Assembly: GCA_900078375.1 (NCBI GenBank)
Contig: FLQS01000018.1
Location: 38,431-62,430 of the forward strand
Direction of reading: 5' to 3'
From: an uncultured Mycobacterium sp.
GTDB lineage: Bacteria; Actinomycetota; Actinomycetes; Mycobacteriales; Mycobacteriaceae
DNA length: 24,000 bases
The number at the start of each line of letters is the position of its first letter. The first letter of the stretch is position 1. Under the pieces are notes generated by a model. It searched no databases and was not told where the DNA came from. It saw only the letters and a list, made by a program, of their open reading frames with translations. Made by a program: the position numbers and the translations under genes. Shown here one piece after another: positions 1-8,705 of the stretch.

Positions 1-170
1 GCCGACTCACCCAGACCCAGCGCGGTGTCGGACAGGTACGACCTAGGGGTGGACACCGCATCGCGTAACAGGAGATAACCGGGCGCCAGCAGCGGCGCGG
101 TCACCGCGAGTGCCAACAGAAGGGCATATCCCGGCACCACCCACTCCATGGCCCGGCGTGCCTGGGTCAT
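1..170 (-). CDS. Conserved transmembrane protein, N-terminal fragment (Rv0226c-like); the gene runs off the left edge
   Basis: Minus-strand ATG at 170 (in-frame ATG also at 149), 7 nt after the stop (178-180) of the preceding gene. Translation MTQARRAMEWVVPGYALLLALAVTAPLLAPGYLLLRDAVSTPRSYLSDTALGLGES is hydrophobic with high GC3. Its position next to the Rv0227c-like gene matches M. tuberculosis order. It is absent from the ORF track because the window edge truncates it. Confidence 0.45.
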   Translation of the reverse strand, partial: MTQARRAMEWVVPGYALLLALAVTAPLLAPGYLLLRDAVSTPRSYLSDTALGLGES

Positions 171-177
171 GCCGCGC

Positions 178-1377
178 TCACCGCTGTGGCGGTGGGGGCT
201 CCAGATCGGGTCTGGCCGCGGGCAGCTTCTCGGTGGCGGCCTCGGCGGCGGGCATCGGCCCGGTCTCGTCCTTGCCGAAGAACCCGTGGTCCGCGGTGTC
301 CAGCCCGGGGTCGATCAGCGCGGACTCGGCGCGGACGCTGAACGTGCCCAGCAGAACCCCGCCGACCAGTGCCACCAGGCCGGCCGCGGTGAAGCTGATC
401 GGCAGCACCCGCGACCAGAGCCCCACCCGGTCGCGCTCGTCGCGGGCGGAAGCCACTCGCGATTCGACGGTCTGCTCGTTTGAGGTGACCTTATAGTCCG
501 CCAGCGCCATCTCCGGGCGCAGCGGATCGCGGGCGTAGTAGTGGTTGGCGTGCTCGGAGGACTTGACGATGACGCCGGTCACCGGGTCCACCCAGAACGT
601 GCGCTGCGCGGCGTAGAAGCGGGTCATCGTGATCGGCTCTTCTGGCGGGCCGGGCAGGCCCCACAGCTCCGCCCGCGCGGTCACCTCGCCGTCCTCGTCC
701 TTGTCGTAGAGCGACGCGTACTTGATCGGGTCGACCAACTTGCCGTCGGCGTCGTACCCGACGTTCTGGGTGAACCGGTAGGTGGTCAGCCCGTTGACGT
801 CCTCTTGGCCGTCGTAGTTGGCGTCGAAGGCCTTCTGCGCGATCGGATCGAAGTAGGGATACGTCTTCTTCTCGGTGTTGAACGGGAACCGGTAGGCCAG
901 GCCCTCGTGCGGCAGCGCGATGTTGGTCGGCGGCTTGGTGTCCTCGATGCTCCGTGGCTTCTGCACCGACCCGCCCGGGTGGGTGTCGTCGGACACTGCG
1001 AGCGCAGTGCTGCGGTTCACCGTCACGGTGTCGACCATGGCCAGCAACAAACCGTTGTCCTGTTGCTTGTCGCTGCGGCGCACGCTAGTGCCGACCTGCA
1101 ACGTCACCACATCGGCGTTGGCCGGCGACTCGACGGTGATCTGTTGCTGGGAGACCAGGGGCACGTTCTTGTCGATCACGAACTTCTCGCCCATCAGCGA
1201 CGACGGGTCCAGTGCGGTACCGGTGCCGTCGCTGACCAATGTCTCGTCGATATCGAGCGGAATCTTCTTGATCTTGCCGGAGGTGTAGGTCGACAACAAC
1301 AGCGCGGCGATCAGCAGGGCGGCTCCGAGCCCGATGATGCCGTATGCCGTGATACGCAACATGCCCGCGCGATTCAC
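178..1377 (-). CDS. DUF3068/PorA-family envelope membrane protein (Rv0227c-like; orthologues are implicated in LM/LAM maturation)
   Basis: 418-aa ORF. N-terminal TM helix (ITAYGIIGLGAALLIAALLL), a large extracytoplasmic domain and a C-terminal TM helix (LPISFTAAGLVALVGGVLLGTF). Synteny with the Rv0226c-like and Rv0228-like neighbours. Start uncertain: TTG 1434, GTG 1377 (GGAGG about 10 nt upstream) or ATG 1362. Confidence 0.8.
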   Translation of the reverse strand: MNRAGMLRITAYGIIGLGAALLIAALLLSTYTSGKIKKIPLDIDETLVSDGTGTALDPSSLMGEKFVIDKNVPLVSQQQITVESPANADVVTLQVGTSVRRSDKQQDNGLLLAMVDTVTVNRSTALAVSDDTHPGGSVQKPRSIEDTKPPTNIALPHEGLAYRFPFNTEKKTYPYFDPIAQKAFDANYDGQEDVNGLTTYRFTQNVGYDADGKLVDPIKYASLYDKDEDGEVTARAELWGLPGPPEEPITMTRFYAAQRTFWVDPVTGVIVKSSEHANHYYARDPLRPEMALADYKVTSNEQTVESRVASARDERDRVGLWSRVLPISFTAAGLVALVGGVLLGTFSVRAESALIDPGLDTADHGFFGKDETGPMPAAEAATEKLPAARPDLEPPPPQR

Positions 1378-1538
1378 GCTGCCGTGGCCTCCCTCACTCC
1401 CGATCGTGCGCTGCGCCGCCTGACGACGAAGCAAACGTGTCTGACCCTAACAGCAGAGGCCAGAGCACTGGCTCATTAGCAGGTCATCGCCGCAGCCCAG
1501 GTGTACCCACTTTCGCAGGCAACCGGCACACTGGCTGC

Positions 1539-2717
1539 ATGACGTCGGAGGCGGAGCAGGTCGGGGGCACCCGCAGCTTCCTGCCCGCGGTGGAAGGGAT
1601 GCGCGCCTGCGCGGCCATGGGGGTGGTGCTCACCCACGTCGCTTTCCAGACCGGTACCACCGGCGCCGTGGTGGGACGCCTGCTGCACCGCTTCGACCTG
1701 GCCGTTGCGGTGTTCTTCGCGCTGTCGGGCTTCCTGTTGTGGCGCGGTCACGCGGCCGCGGCACGCGGGCTGCGGCAGCGCCCGCCCACCGGCCACTATC
1801 TGCGCTCGCGGCTGGTGCGCATCATGCCCGGATACCTGGTCGCGGTCGTCGTCATCCTGACCCTTCTGCCGGAGGCAAACCAAGCCAGCTGGACGGTGTG
1901 GTGGGCCAACCTCACGCTGACTCAGGTCTATGTCCCGCTCACCCTGACCGCCGGCCTGACCCAGATGTGGAGCCTGTCGGTGGAGGTGAGCTTCTATCTC
2001 GCGCTGCCGATACTGGCGTTCCTGGCGCGCCGGCTGCCGGTGCGCGCCCGGGTGCCGGTGATCGCCGTCGTGGCGCTGGCGAGCCTGGCCTGGGGTCTGC
2101 TGCCGATTCACACCGCACAGGGGGTCAACTTTCTGAACTGGCCGCCGGCTTACGCGTCCTGGTTCGCAGCGGGCATGCTGCTGGCCGAGTGGACCGTGAG
2201 CCCGCCGGGATGGGCGCACAAGCTGGCCCGAAATCGTTGGGCCATTACGGGTATCGCGCTGGTGGCCTACCTGATCTCGGCCTCGCCGCTGGCCGGGCCT
2301 AAGGATCTGGTGCCGGCAACGTTGGGGCAGTTCGTCATCCGCACGTCGATGGGGGCCATCGTCGCCGGTGCGCTGCTGGCGCCGCTTGTGCTCGATCGCC
2401 CGGACACCCCGCACCCGATCCTGGGCAGCCGGTTCATGGTCACCCTGGGCCGCTGGTCCTATGGCCTGTTCGTCTGGCACCTTGCGGCATTGGTGATGGT
2501 CTTCCCGATGGTCGGCAAGTTCATGTTCAACGGCAACCTGACCGTCATGCTGGTCCTCACGCTGGTGCTGGGCTTCGCGATGGCGGCGGTCAGCTACGCC
2601 CTGATCGAGTCGCCGTGCCGGAATATGTTGCGGCGCTGGGAGTACCGACAGAAGAAACCGGTGCCGCCGTTGGACAGTTCGGTCAGCGATACGCCCGAGC
2701 CGGTGATTGCACGATAA
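1539..2717 (+). CDS. Integral-membrane acyltransferase, acyltransferase_3 family (Rv0228-like)
   Basis: Polytopic hydrophobic protein with an N-terminal LPAVEGMRACAAMGVVLTHVAF motif typical of acyltransferase-3/OafA-type enzymes. It is divergent from the Rv0227c-like gene, as in M. tuberculosis. ATG 1539 is preferred over the track GTG 1437 because that extension is non-hydrophobic and R/G-rich. Confidence 0.85.
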   Translation: MTSEAEQVGGTRSFLPAVEGMRACAAMGVVLTHVAFQTGTTGAVVGRLLHRFDLAVAVFFALSGFLLWRGHAAAARGLRQRPPTGHYLRSRLVRIMPGYLVAVVVILTLLPEANQASWTVWWANLTLTQVYVPLTLTAGLTQMWSLSVEVSFYLALPILAFLARRLPVRARVPVIAVVALASLAWGLLPIHTAQGVNFLNWPPAYASWFAAGMLLAEWTVSPPGWAHKLARNRWAITGIALVAYLISASPLAGPKDLVPATLGQFVIRTSMGAIVAGALLAPLVLDRPDTPHPILGSRFMVTLGRWSYGLFVWHLAALVMVFPMVGKFMFNGNLTVMLVLTLVLGFAMAAVSYALIESPCRNMLRRWEYRQKKPVPPLDSSVSDTPEPVIAR

Positions 2718-2753
2718 TCGGTGTCTGGCCCGCTCGAGTCTGAAGGGACCGCC

Positions 2754-4061
2754 ATGGCTTCTGAGGCGTTGACGATCATGTTCTGGCCGGAATCGGCGTA
2801 CGGGCCGACGAACCAGTGCATCGGCCTGGCCGCCATCCTGGCCGACCGCGGCCACCGGATCGTGTTCGCCGCCGAGAGCTCCTGGGCGGGCAAGCTCGCC
2901 CAGTTCGGCTTCGTCGAAGAGCTGGTCGATCTGGCCGAGCCGGCCGAGGGCACCGCCGACGAGGACCCCGGCAAGTTCTGGACCGACTTCATCGCCGAGA
3001 CCGCACCGGAATTCCGCAAGCCGACCGTGGATCAACTCGCAACCTTCATCCAGCCCACGTACCAGGCTCTCATCGACGGCGCGAAGTACTGCGAGCCGCG
3101 GTTGCGTGCGATCGTGGCCGAGTACCAGCCGGATGTCATCGTCGAAGACAACGTTGTACTGTTTCCCGCTCTGGTCAGCGGGGGAGCGTCGTTCGTCCGG
3201 ATTGTGTCGTGCAGCCCGCTGGAAGTGCCGGGCCCCGATGTTCCCCCACCGTTTTCGGGGTTGCCCAGTGCCGACCGGTCCCAGTGGGATATCTACCGGG
3301 CCGAGTTCGACCGTACCCACCGGGCGATGTGGACCGAGTTCAACGCTTGGGTCCAGGAGCAGGGTGCCGACCCGCTGCCGGACCTGGAATTCATGCCGCG
3401 TGACAACGCAGCCAACCTGTATGTCTATCCGGCCGAGGCCGACTATGTCGACGCCCGCCCGCTGGACGGCAGCTGGGCGCGAATGGATTCCAGTGTGCGC
3501 GAGACCGATGCGGAATACGTTCTGCCGCGACAGCTGGCTGAACGTCCCGAATCCAGCGCATTGATCTATCTGTCGCTGGGATCACTCGGCGGCGCCGATG
3601 TCGACCTGATGCAGCGACTGGTCGATGTGCTGGGTGCCACCGAGCACCGGTTCATCGTCAGCAAGGGCCCGCAGGCGGACCGGATCACTCTGGCCGACAA
3701 CATGGTCGGTGAGCAGATGCTGCCGCAGACCAAGATCATCCCACAGGTCGATCTGGTCATCTCCCACGGCGGCAACAACACGGTGACCGAGACTCTGCAC
3801 TTCGGTAAGCCGCTGATCGTGCTGCCGCTGTTCTGGGACCAGTACGAAAACGCCCAGCGCATTGAGGAACTCGGCTACGGCGTGCGGCTGGACACCTATG
3901 CGTTCACCGATGAGCAGCTGACCGGCGCGGTAGACACGATCCTGGCCGACACCGCGCTCCGTGCCCGGCTGGCCGGGATCGGCGAGGCGATCCGGGCCCG
4001 GGACGGGCTGCGGGTGGGTGCCGACGTGATCGAACAGGTGGGTCGGCATCGGACCCGCTGA
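2754..4061 (+). CDS. GT1-family (GT-B fold, UDP-glycosyltransferase/MGT-like) glycosyltransferase
   Basis: C-terminal UGT donor-binding signature HGGNNTVTETLHFGKPLIVLPLFWDQYENAQR. N-terminal FWPESAYGPTNQCIGLAAILADRGHRIVF acceptor-domain start. ATG 2754 is preceded by GAAGGGA with a 6-nt spacer (track start GTG 2721 is the alternative). Confidence 0.85.
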   Translation: MASEALTIMFWPESAYGPTNQCIGLAAILADRGHRIVFAAESSWAGKLAQFGFVEELVDLAEPAEGTADEDPGKFWTDFIAETAPEFRKPTVDQLATFIQPTYQALIDGAKYCEPRLRAIVAEYQPDVIVEDNVVLFPALVSGGASFVRIVSCSPLEVPGPDVPPPFSGLPSADRSQWDIYRAEFDRTHRAMWTEFNAWVQEQGADPLPDLEFMPRDNAANLYVYPAEADYVDARPLDGSWARMDSSVRETDAEYVLPRQLAERPESSALIYLSLGSLGGADVDLMQRLVDVLGATEHRFIVSKGPQADRITLADNMVGEQMLPQTKIIPQVDLVISHGGNNTVTETLHFGKPLIVLPLFWDQYENAQRIEELGYGVRLDTYAFTDEQLTGAVDTILADTALRARLAGIGEAIRARDGLRVGADVIEQVGRHRTR

Positions 4062-4065
4062 TTCG

Positions 4066-5280
4066 GTGGGCCGCGAACTCGACTCGCTGGATCTGGCTGA
4101 CGGCAAACGACTTTCGGTTGTCGCCGGATTGGACGGTTTGTCAGCCCTGCCTCAGGTGCGCGAACCGGACGGGTCGTGGCGCCGAGCCCGCCCCGGTGAC
4201 GGCGTTGCGGAGGCGCTGGTGGCGCTGCTGGCGGCTCCCGAGGTTTCCGATACCGGATCGTTCACTGTGCACGCCTGGTCGTCGCGCACCACTGCCGGTG
4301 AGCGGGCCATCACCGTGGACCAGACCAACGAGTCGGTGATCGTGGGCGAGGCCGCGGTGGTCAAATGGGCCACCCATCTGCAGCGGGGGCCGCATCCGGC
4401 CCCACACCGCATCGAGATACTGCGCGCCAACGGGTTTCGCTTCATGCCGCGGCCCTGGGGTCTGGTCACCTGGCACCCCGACGGCGGTACCGAGACGCTC
4501 GCGGTGAACGTCGACGAGTATCTTCCCGACGCGGTCGACGGCTGGACGTGGGCGGTCGAGCTGATCGCCGAGGCGGCCGGCCCTGCCACCGCGCGAACGG
4601 ACGCCGTCGTGGCGGCGGCCGCCGACGTCGGCGTCATGGTGGCCGACATGCATGCCGCACTCTCGATCACCGTCACCACGGCGTCCCAGGCCGATGCCGA
4701 TCGCTGGCGCGCCGCGGCCTTCGCAACGCTGGAACAGGCTCAGGCGCTCAGCAGTTCGGCCACCGCCGTCCTGCTGCAGGAGCGACGCGAGCGCATCGAG
4801 CAGATTCTCGACGGCCTCGGCGGGCTGATGGGCACCTCGGTGCTCGAGGGGCACGGCGACTTGCATGTCGGCCAGGTGTTGCGTCACGCAGGGGGTTACG
4901 CGGTCACCGATTTTGACGGAAACCCGGTCCTGCCGGCCGCCGAGCGCGCACTACCGATCCCGGCAGCCCTCGACGTGGCTGGACTCGCCCAGTCGCTGAC
5001 CCACGCGGCGATCGTCGCCCGCCGTCACCATCAGATCGAGGACCGGCCGCTGGCGGTGGTGGAACAGGCAGCGCGGCAAACTTTTCTGCACGCCTACGCC
5101 GGGCACCTGGCCGGGCTCGGGCACGCCGACCTCTACGACGCCGCGCCGCTGCGGGCTTTCCGCTTGCAGCAGGTACTGCGCGAGATCATCTACGCGGCAA
5201 AGTATCTGCCGCGCTGGATGTATGTTCCCGACGCGGCATTGCCCATGCTGCTCAATGAAAGGACAGCCGGTGCACGCTGA
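4066..5280 (+). CDS. Maltokinase-like sugar kinase (aminoglycoside-phosphotransferase fold); candidate actinobacterial glucosamine-kinase family
   Basis: DQTNESVIVGEAAVVKWATHL (Mak-type nucleotide-binding/lysine region). GHGDLHVGQVLRH catalytic loop. VTDFDGNPVLPAAERALPIPAALDVAGLAQSL metal-binding DFD/G segment, closely resembling mycobacterial Mak (HGDLHLGQVLR...IDFEGEP...RDVAG). GTG 4066 lies 4 nt after the glycosyltransferase stop. Confidence 0.75.
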   Translation: MGRELDSLDLADGKRLSVVAGLDGLSALPQVREPDGSWRRARPGDGVAEALVALLAAPEVSDTGSFTVHAWSSRTTAGERAITVDQTNESVIVGEAAVVKWATHLQRGPHPAPHRIEILRANGFRFMPRPWGLVTWHPDGGTETLAVNVDEYLPDAVDGWTWAVELIAEAAGPATARTDAVVAAAADVGVMVADMHAALSITVTTASQADADRWRAAAFATLEQAQALSSSATAVLLQERRERIEQILDGLGGLMGTSVLEGHGDLHVGQVLRHAGGYAVTDFDGNPVLPAAERALPIPAALDVAGLAQSLTHAAIVARRHHQIEDRPLAVVEQAARQTFLHAYAGHLAGLGHADLYDAAPLRAFRLQQVLREIIYAAKYLPRWMYVPDAALPMLLNERTAGAR

Positions 5281-6235
5281 CGGCTTCGCCGCGGACCTGG
5301 CTCGAAAGCCCGACGTCATGGGCCGCCTCGCGGACCGGCTTGCCGCAGGCAATCCGTGGGCGGCCGTCGTCCCGCCCGGGATCGAGCGGGTGGTGCTGCT
5401 GGGGATGGGATCCTCCGCGTACGCCGGTGGCGTCGCCGCGACCCGGATGCGTGCTCGTGGGCTGACGGCGGCCTCGGAGCTGGCGTCCTCGCCGCTGCTG
5501 CCTGCCTGGGGACCGGGCACCCTGGTCGTCGCCACCTCGGCGACCGGCGGATCGGTGGAAACACTGGAGGCACTGCGACGGCTGCCTGGCGGGGGGACCA
5601 CGGTGGCGTTGACCAACACCGAAGGCTCCGCTATCACCGAAACATGCGGCGCAGTAGTCGAATTGGCGGCTGAGCCGGAGGGCGGCGGGGTCGCCTGCCG
5701 CAGCTACCAGCACACGCTGGCACTGCTGATGGCGCTGGAGCTGCACCTGACCGGCCAGGACGTCACCCGGTTGGTGGCATCGATCGAGAAGGCGGCGGAT
5801 GCGAGTGCGCATCTGCTGGACACCGAGGCGGCATGGCGTCCGCAGGTGGCCGACCTGCTGCTCGGCCCGTCGGGCACGCACCTGGCCGCCCCTGCGCACC
5901 GGTTCTGTTCGGCGCAGCAGGGCGCCCTCATGTTGCGGGAAGGGCCCCGCCGCGCTGCGGTCGGCTGTGAAACCGGCGACTGGAGCCACGTCGACGTCTA
6001 CCTGACCAAGACCACTGACTACCGGCTGCTGGTGTTCGCGGGCTCGCCGTGGGAGGAGCAGATGGAGCACTGGACGACGTTGCGCGGCAGCACGGTTGTC
6101 GGCGTCGGCGGGACCGTGCCGGGAGCACAGTTCGAGGTGCGCTACCCCGAGGACGACGATGACGAGGTACGGCTGCTCACCGAGGTGTTGGTGCCCGAGC
6201 TTGTCGCGGCCCGCGCCTGGCAGGCCCAGACTTAG
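5270..6235 (+). CDS. Double-SIS-domain sugar-phosphate isomerase/deaminase (GlmS isomerase-domain-like, no glutaminase domain)
   Basis: SIS motifs VVLLGMGSSAYAG and VVATSATGGSVETLEAL; the ~320-aa length fits two SIS subdomains. GTG 5270 is preceded by GAAAGGA (5258-5263 region) and overlaps the kinase stop (5278-5280). Track start ATG 5222 is less likely. Confidence 0.8.
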   Translation: MHADGFAADLARKPDVMGRLADRLAAGNPWAAVVPPGIERVVLLGMGSSAYAGGVAATRMRARGLTAASELASSPLLPAWGPGTLVVATSATGGSVETLEALRRLPGGGTTVALTNTEGSAITETCGAVVELAAEPEGGGVACRSYQHTLALLMALELHLTGQDVTRLVASIEKAADASAHLLDTEAAWRPQVADLLLGPSGTHLAAPAHRFCSAQQGALMLREGPRRAAVGCETGDWSHVDVYLTKTTDYRLLVFAGSPWEEQMEHWTTLRGSTVVGVGGTVPGAQFEVRYPEDDDDEVRLLTEVLVPELVAARAWQAQT

Positions 6236-7698
6236 GCCTGCAACCGGGCGATGACCTCGTCGCGCACCGCGGATCGGCGCGCCTTGCCGGCATCGTCGCG
6301 CAGCGGGGTGTCGACGAATTCCACACTGCGCGGCACCTTGTAGTCGGACAGCCGCTGCGCCACGAACGCCGCCACATCGTCCGCGGTGAGCACGGGACCG
6401 TCGGTGTGCACCAACGCATGTGGCACCTGGCCGAGGTCTTCATGCGGCACCCCGACCACCAGGCAGGACAGCACGGCGGGGTGCTCGGCGAGCGCGTTCT
6501 CGATCTCGGCCGGGTACACGTTGCGACCGCCGACGGTGAACATGTCGACGCGCCGGTCGGCCAGGTACAGGTAGCCCTCGTCGTCGAACCAGCCCAGATC
6601 GCCCAGCGAGTCCCAGCCGTCGCGGGACTTGGCGGTGCTGCCGATGTAGCGGTAGGTGGGGCCGGCGCCCACGTTCGGCCGCATGTAGATCTCGCCTAGG
6701 ACGCCGGGCGGACACTCGTTGCCGTCGTCGTCGAGCACCTTCATCTCGCCGGCCACCACGCGACCGACCGATCCGCGGTGGGTCAGCCACTCGGTGCCGC
6801 TGATGAACGTCAGTGCCTGAAGTTCGGTGCCGCCGTAGAGTTCCCACACGGCGTCCGGGCCGAGCAGCTCGATCCAGGCCTCCTTGATGTTCGGCGGGCA
6901 CGGTGCGGCCAGGTGCCACAGCCGCCGCAGCGACGACAGGTCGTAGGCGTCGGGGTTGGCCTGATAGACCGGCAACAGCCGCTGCAGGATCGTGGGCACG
7001 GTGGCCAGGTAGTTCACCCGGTAGTCGGTGACCAGCCGCAGGAAGTGGTCCGGGTCGAAGCGGCGCATCAAGACAAGGTGCTGCCCGGTCAACAATGCGA
7101 TGGCCGCCGACGTGAATCCGGTGTTGTGGCTCAGCGGAACCGGAAGCAGTTGGGTGTCGGTCGGTTCGTTGCCCATCGACATCGCCAGCAGGTCGGCCGG
7201 GATCCTGCCGTCACCACCGGCTTCGATCAGCTTCGGCCGTCCGGTACTGCCGCCGGACGCCATCGACTTCCAGACGGGTGAAACCGCTTCGGGCAGTGGA
7301 TCATCCGACAATTCCGGGCTGCCGGTGAAGTCGGCGTCCACCGACGGCACTACACCGCGTGGATCGGCACGGCCCACCAGCAGGGCGCGCGGCACGAGAT
7401 CGAGCAGACCCTCGAACTCGGCATCGGGCAGTCTCGGGGACAGCGGCTGCGGGATCGCCCCGAGTTTCCACACCGCCACCGTCGCCAGCACCCACTCGAT
7501 CGAGTTCGGCACCGCGATCGTCACGTAATCACCTTGCTTGACCCCGAGTTCGGCGTACGCGCGAGCCAGCCGATTCGACGCCGACTCCAATTGCGCGCGG
7601 GTGATGGTGCGGCCGTCGGCGCTCACCACCGGGCGATCGGGCGCCTCGGCGGCGAGTTGGCGCAGGCGGGTCCCGATCGGGGGAATGTCGTCACTCAT
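6232..7698 (-). CDS. Acyl-CoA synthetase / AMP-dependent ligase (ANL superfamily)
   Basis: ANL core motifs are present: ASGGSTGRPKLI (A3), LYGGTE (A5), GDLGWFDDEGYLYLADRRVDMF..GGRNVYPAEIE (A7/A8) and a C-terminal DYKVPR...GKARR (A10). ATG 7698 overlaps the php stop; alternative ATG 7704. Confidence 0.85.
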   Translation of the reverse strand: MSDDIPPIGTRLRQLAAEAPDRPVVSADGRTITRAQLESASNRLARAYAELGVKQGDYVTIAVPNSIEWVLATVAVWKLGAIPQPLSPRLPDAEFEGLLDLVPRALLVGRADPRGVVPSVDADFTGSPELSDDPLPEAVSPVWKSMASGGSTGRPKLIEAGGDGRIPADLLAMSMGNEPTDTQLLPVPLSHNTGFTSAAIALLTGQHLVLMRRFDPDHFLRLVTDYRVNYLATVPTILQRLLPVYQANPDAYDLSSLRRLWHLAAPCPPNIKEAWIELLGPDAVWELYGGTELQALTFISGTEWLTHRGSVGRVVAGEMKVLDDDGNECPPGVLGEIYMRPNVGAGPTYRYIGSTAKSRDGWDSLGDLGWFDDEGYLYLADRRVDMFTVGGRNVYPAEIENALAEHPAVLSCLVVGVPHEDLGQVPHALVHTDGPVLTADDVAAFVAQRLSDYKVPRSVEFVDTPLRDDAGKARRSAVRDEVIARLQA

Positions 7699-8695
7699 AG
7701 GCACCTTGCTTGGAGAAGATGTTGCGGGGGTTGTCCACCAGCATGGTGGTGATCTGTTCGTCGGTGACCCCCCGCCGGCGAAGCGCGGGCAGTACGTCGT
7801 TATGGATGTGGCGGTAGTGCCAGTTGGGCAGTGCGACCGGCACCAGCGCCTCCGGCAGCCAGTCGATGTAGCAGGAAGCGTCGTGGGAGAGGACCATCTT
7901 GTCGGCGTGGCCGCGTTCGCACATCCGCGCGACGGTGTCGACCCGGTCGTCGAAGCTGAGCATGCTGTCCAGGCCGAACCGGTCCATACCGAGGTAGGAC
8001 CCGGCCGCGATCAGCTCCTCCAGGTAGCCCAGGTCGGTGGTGTCGCCGCTGTGCCCGATGATGACCCGGCTCAGGTCGACGCCCTCCTCGGCGAAGATGC
8101 GTTGCTGCTCGAGGCCGCGACGGGTCAGGGCATGCGTGTGGGTGGTGATCGGCACGCCGGTCTGCCGGTGCGCCTGGGCCACGGCGCGCAACACGCGTTC
8201 GACGCCGGGGGTGATGCCGGGTTCATCGGTGGCGCACTTGAGGATTGCCGCCTTGACGCCGGTGCCGGCGATCCCCTCGGTGATGTCTCGGACGAACAGC
8301 TCGGTCATGATCTCTGGGCCGTCCAGCAGCGTTCCCGGACCGCTGAAGTGGAAGTACATCGGGACGTCGTTGTAGGTGTAGATCCCGGTGGCCACCACGA
8401 TCTTCAGGTCGGTCTGGGCGGCCACCCGTTGAATCCGCGGAATGTAGCGGCCCAGTCCGATCACCGTCGGGTCGACGATGGTATCCACCCCGAGGGCCTT
8501 GAGCTCGTTGAGCTTGGCGACCGCGTCGGCTTCCCTGGCCGCTTCGTCACCCCAGCCTTCGGGATAGTTCGCGATGATCTCGTGCGAGAGGACGAAGACG
8601 TGTTCGTGCATGAACACCACACCCAGGTCGGTGGTCGGGAACGCTCCTCGCACGGTCTCGACCTGTGACGGCGTCGTCAGATCAGGTGCAGCCAT
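7691..8695 (-). CDS. php: Phosphotriesterase homology protein / PTE-like lactonase (amidohydrolase fold)
   Basis: Binuclear-metal ligand pattern FMHEHVF (HxH), AAILKCAT (carboxylated Lys), TTHTH, IGHSGD and LSHDAS (Asp). 334 aa from ATG 8695, similar to the 326-aa Rv0230c as recalled. The track ORF extension to 8797 overlaps the aftD 3' end and is rejected. Confidence 0.85.
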   Translation of the reverse strand: MAAPDLTTPSQVETVRGAFPTTDLGVVFMHEHVFVLSHEIIANYPEGWGDEAAREADAVAKLNELKALGVDTIVDPTVIGLGRYIPRIQRVAAQTDLKIVVATGIYTYNDVPMYFHFSGPGTLLDGPEIMTELFVRDITEGIAGTGVKAAILKCATDEPGITPGVERVLRAVAQAHRQTGVPITTHTHALTRRGLEQQRIFAEEGVDLSRVIIGHSGDTTDLGYLEELIAAGSYLGMDRFGLDSMLSFDDRVDTVARMCERGHADKMVLSHDASCYIDWLPEALVPVALPNWHYRHIHNDVLPALRRRGVTDEQITTMLVDNPRNIFSKQGAYE

Positions 8696-8705
8696 ACCAG
8701 GCACA

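Noticed and set aside
1437-1538. N-terminal extension of the acyltransferase ORF (GTG 1437); similarly 15683-15748 for the methyltransferase and 5222-5269 for the SIS gene
   Set aside because: The extensions are R/G/S-rich or lie in operator or promoter DNA. The downstream starts have good SD sequences (AGGAGGG for 15749, GAAAGGA for 5270) or begin at the conserved domain.
1476-3320. 614-aa minus-strand ORF
   Set aside because: It is antisense to the acyltransferase and glycosyltransferase genes. The composition is R/Q/H/G/P-rich and non-protein-like, and it spans an intergenic junction of the real genes. A shadow ORF.
5588-5596. G-rich homopolymer (GG C GGGGGG) inside the SIS gene, and a C6 run at 20098-20103, considered as phase-variation tracts
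   Set aside because: Runs of 6 are short and common in genomes this GC-rich. The reading frame is intact, and there is no evidence of slippage from a single sequence.
7538-8668. 376-aa plus-strand ORF; also 20285-21457 (390 aa, +), 17713-18519 (268 aa, +) and 4141-4887 (248 aa, -)
   Set aside because: These are antisense shadows of php, the hydrolase, fabG4 and the kinase respectively. No motifs, atypical composition, and the opposite strand is well explained.
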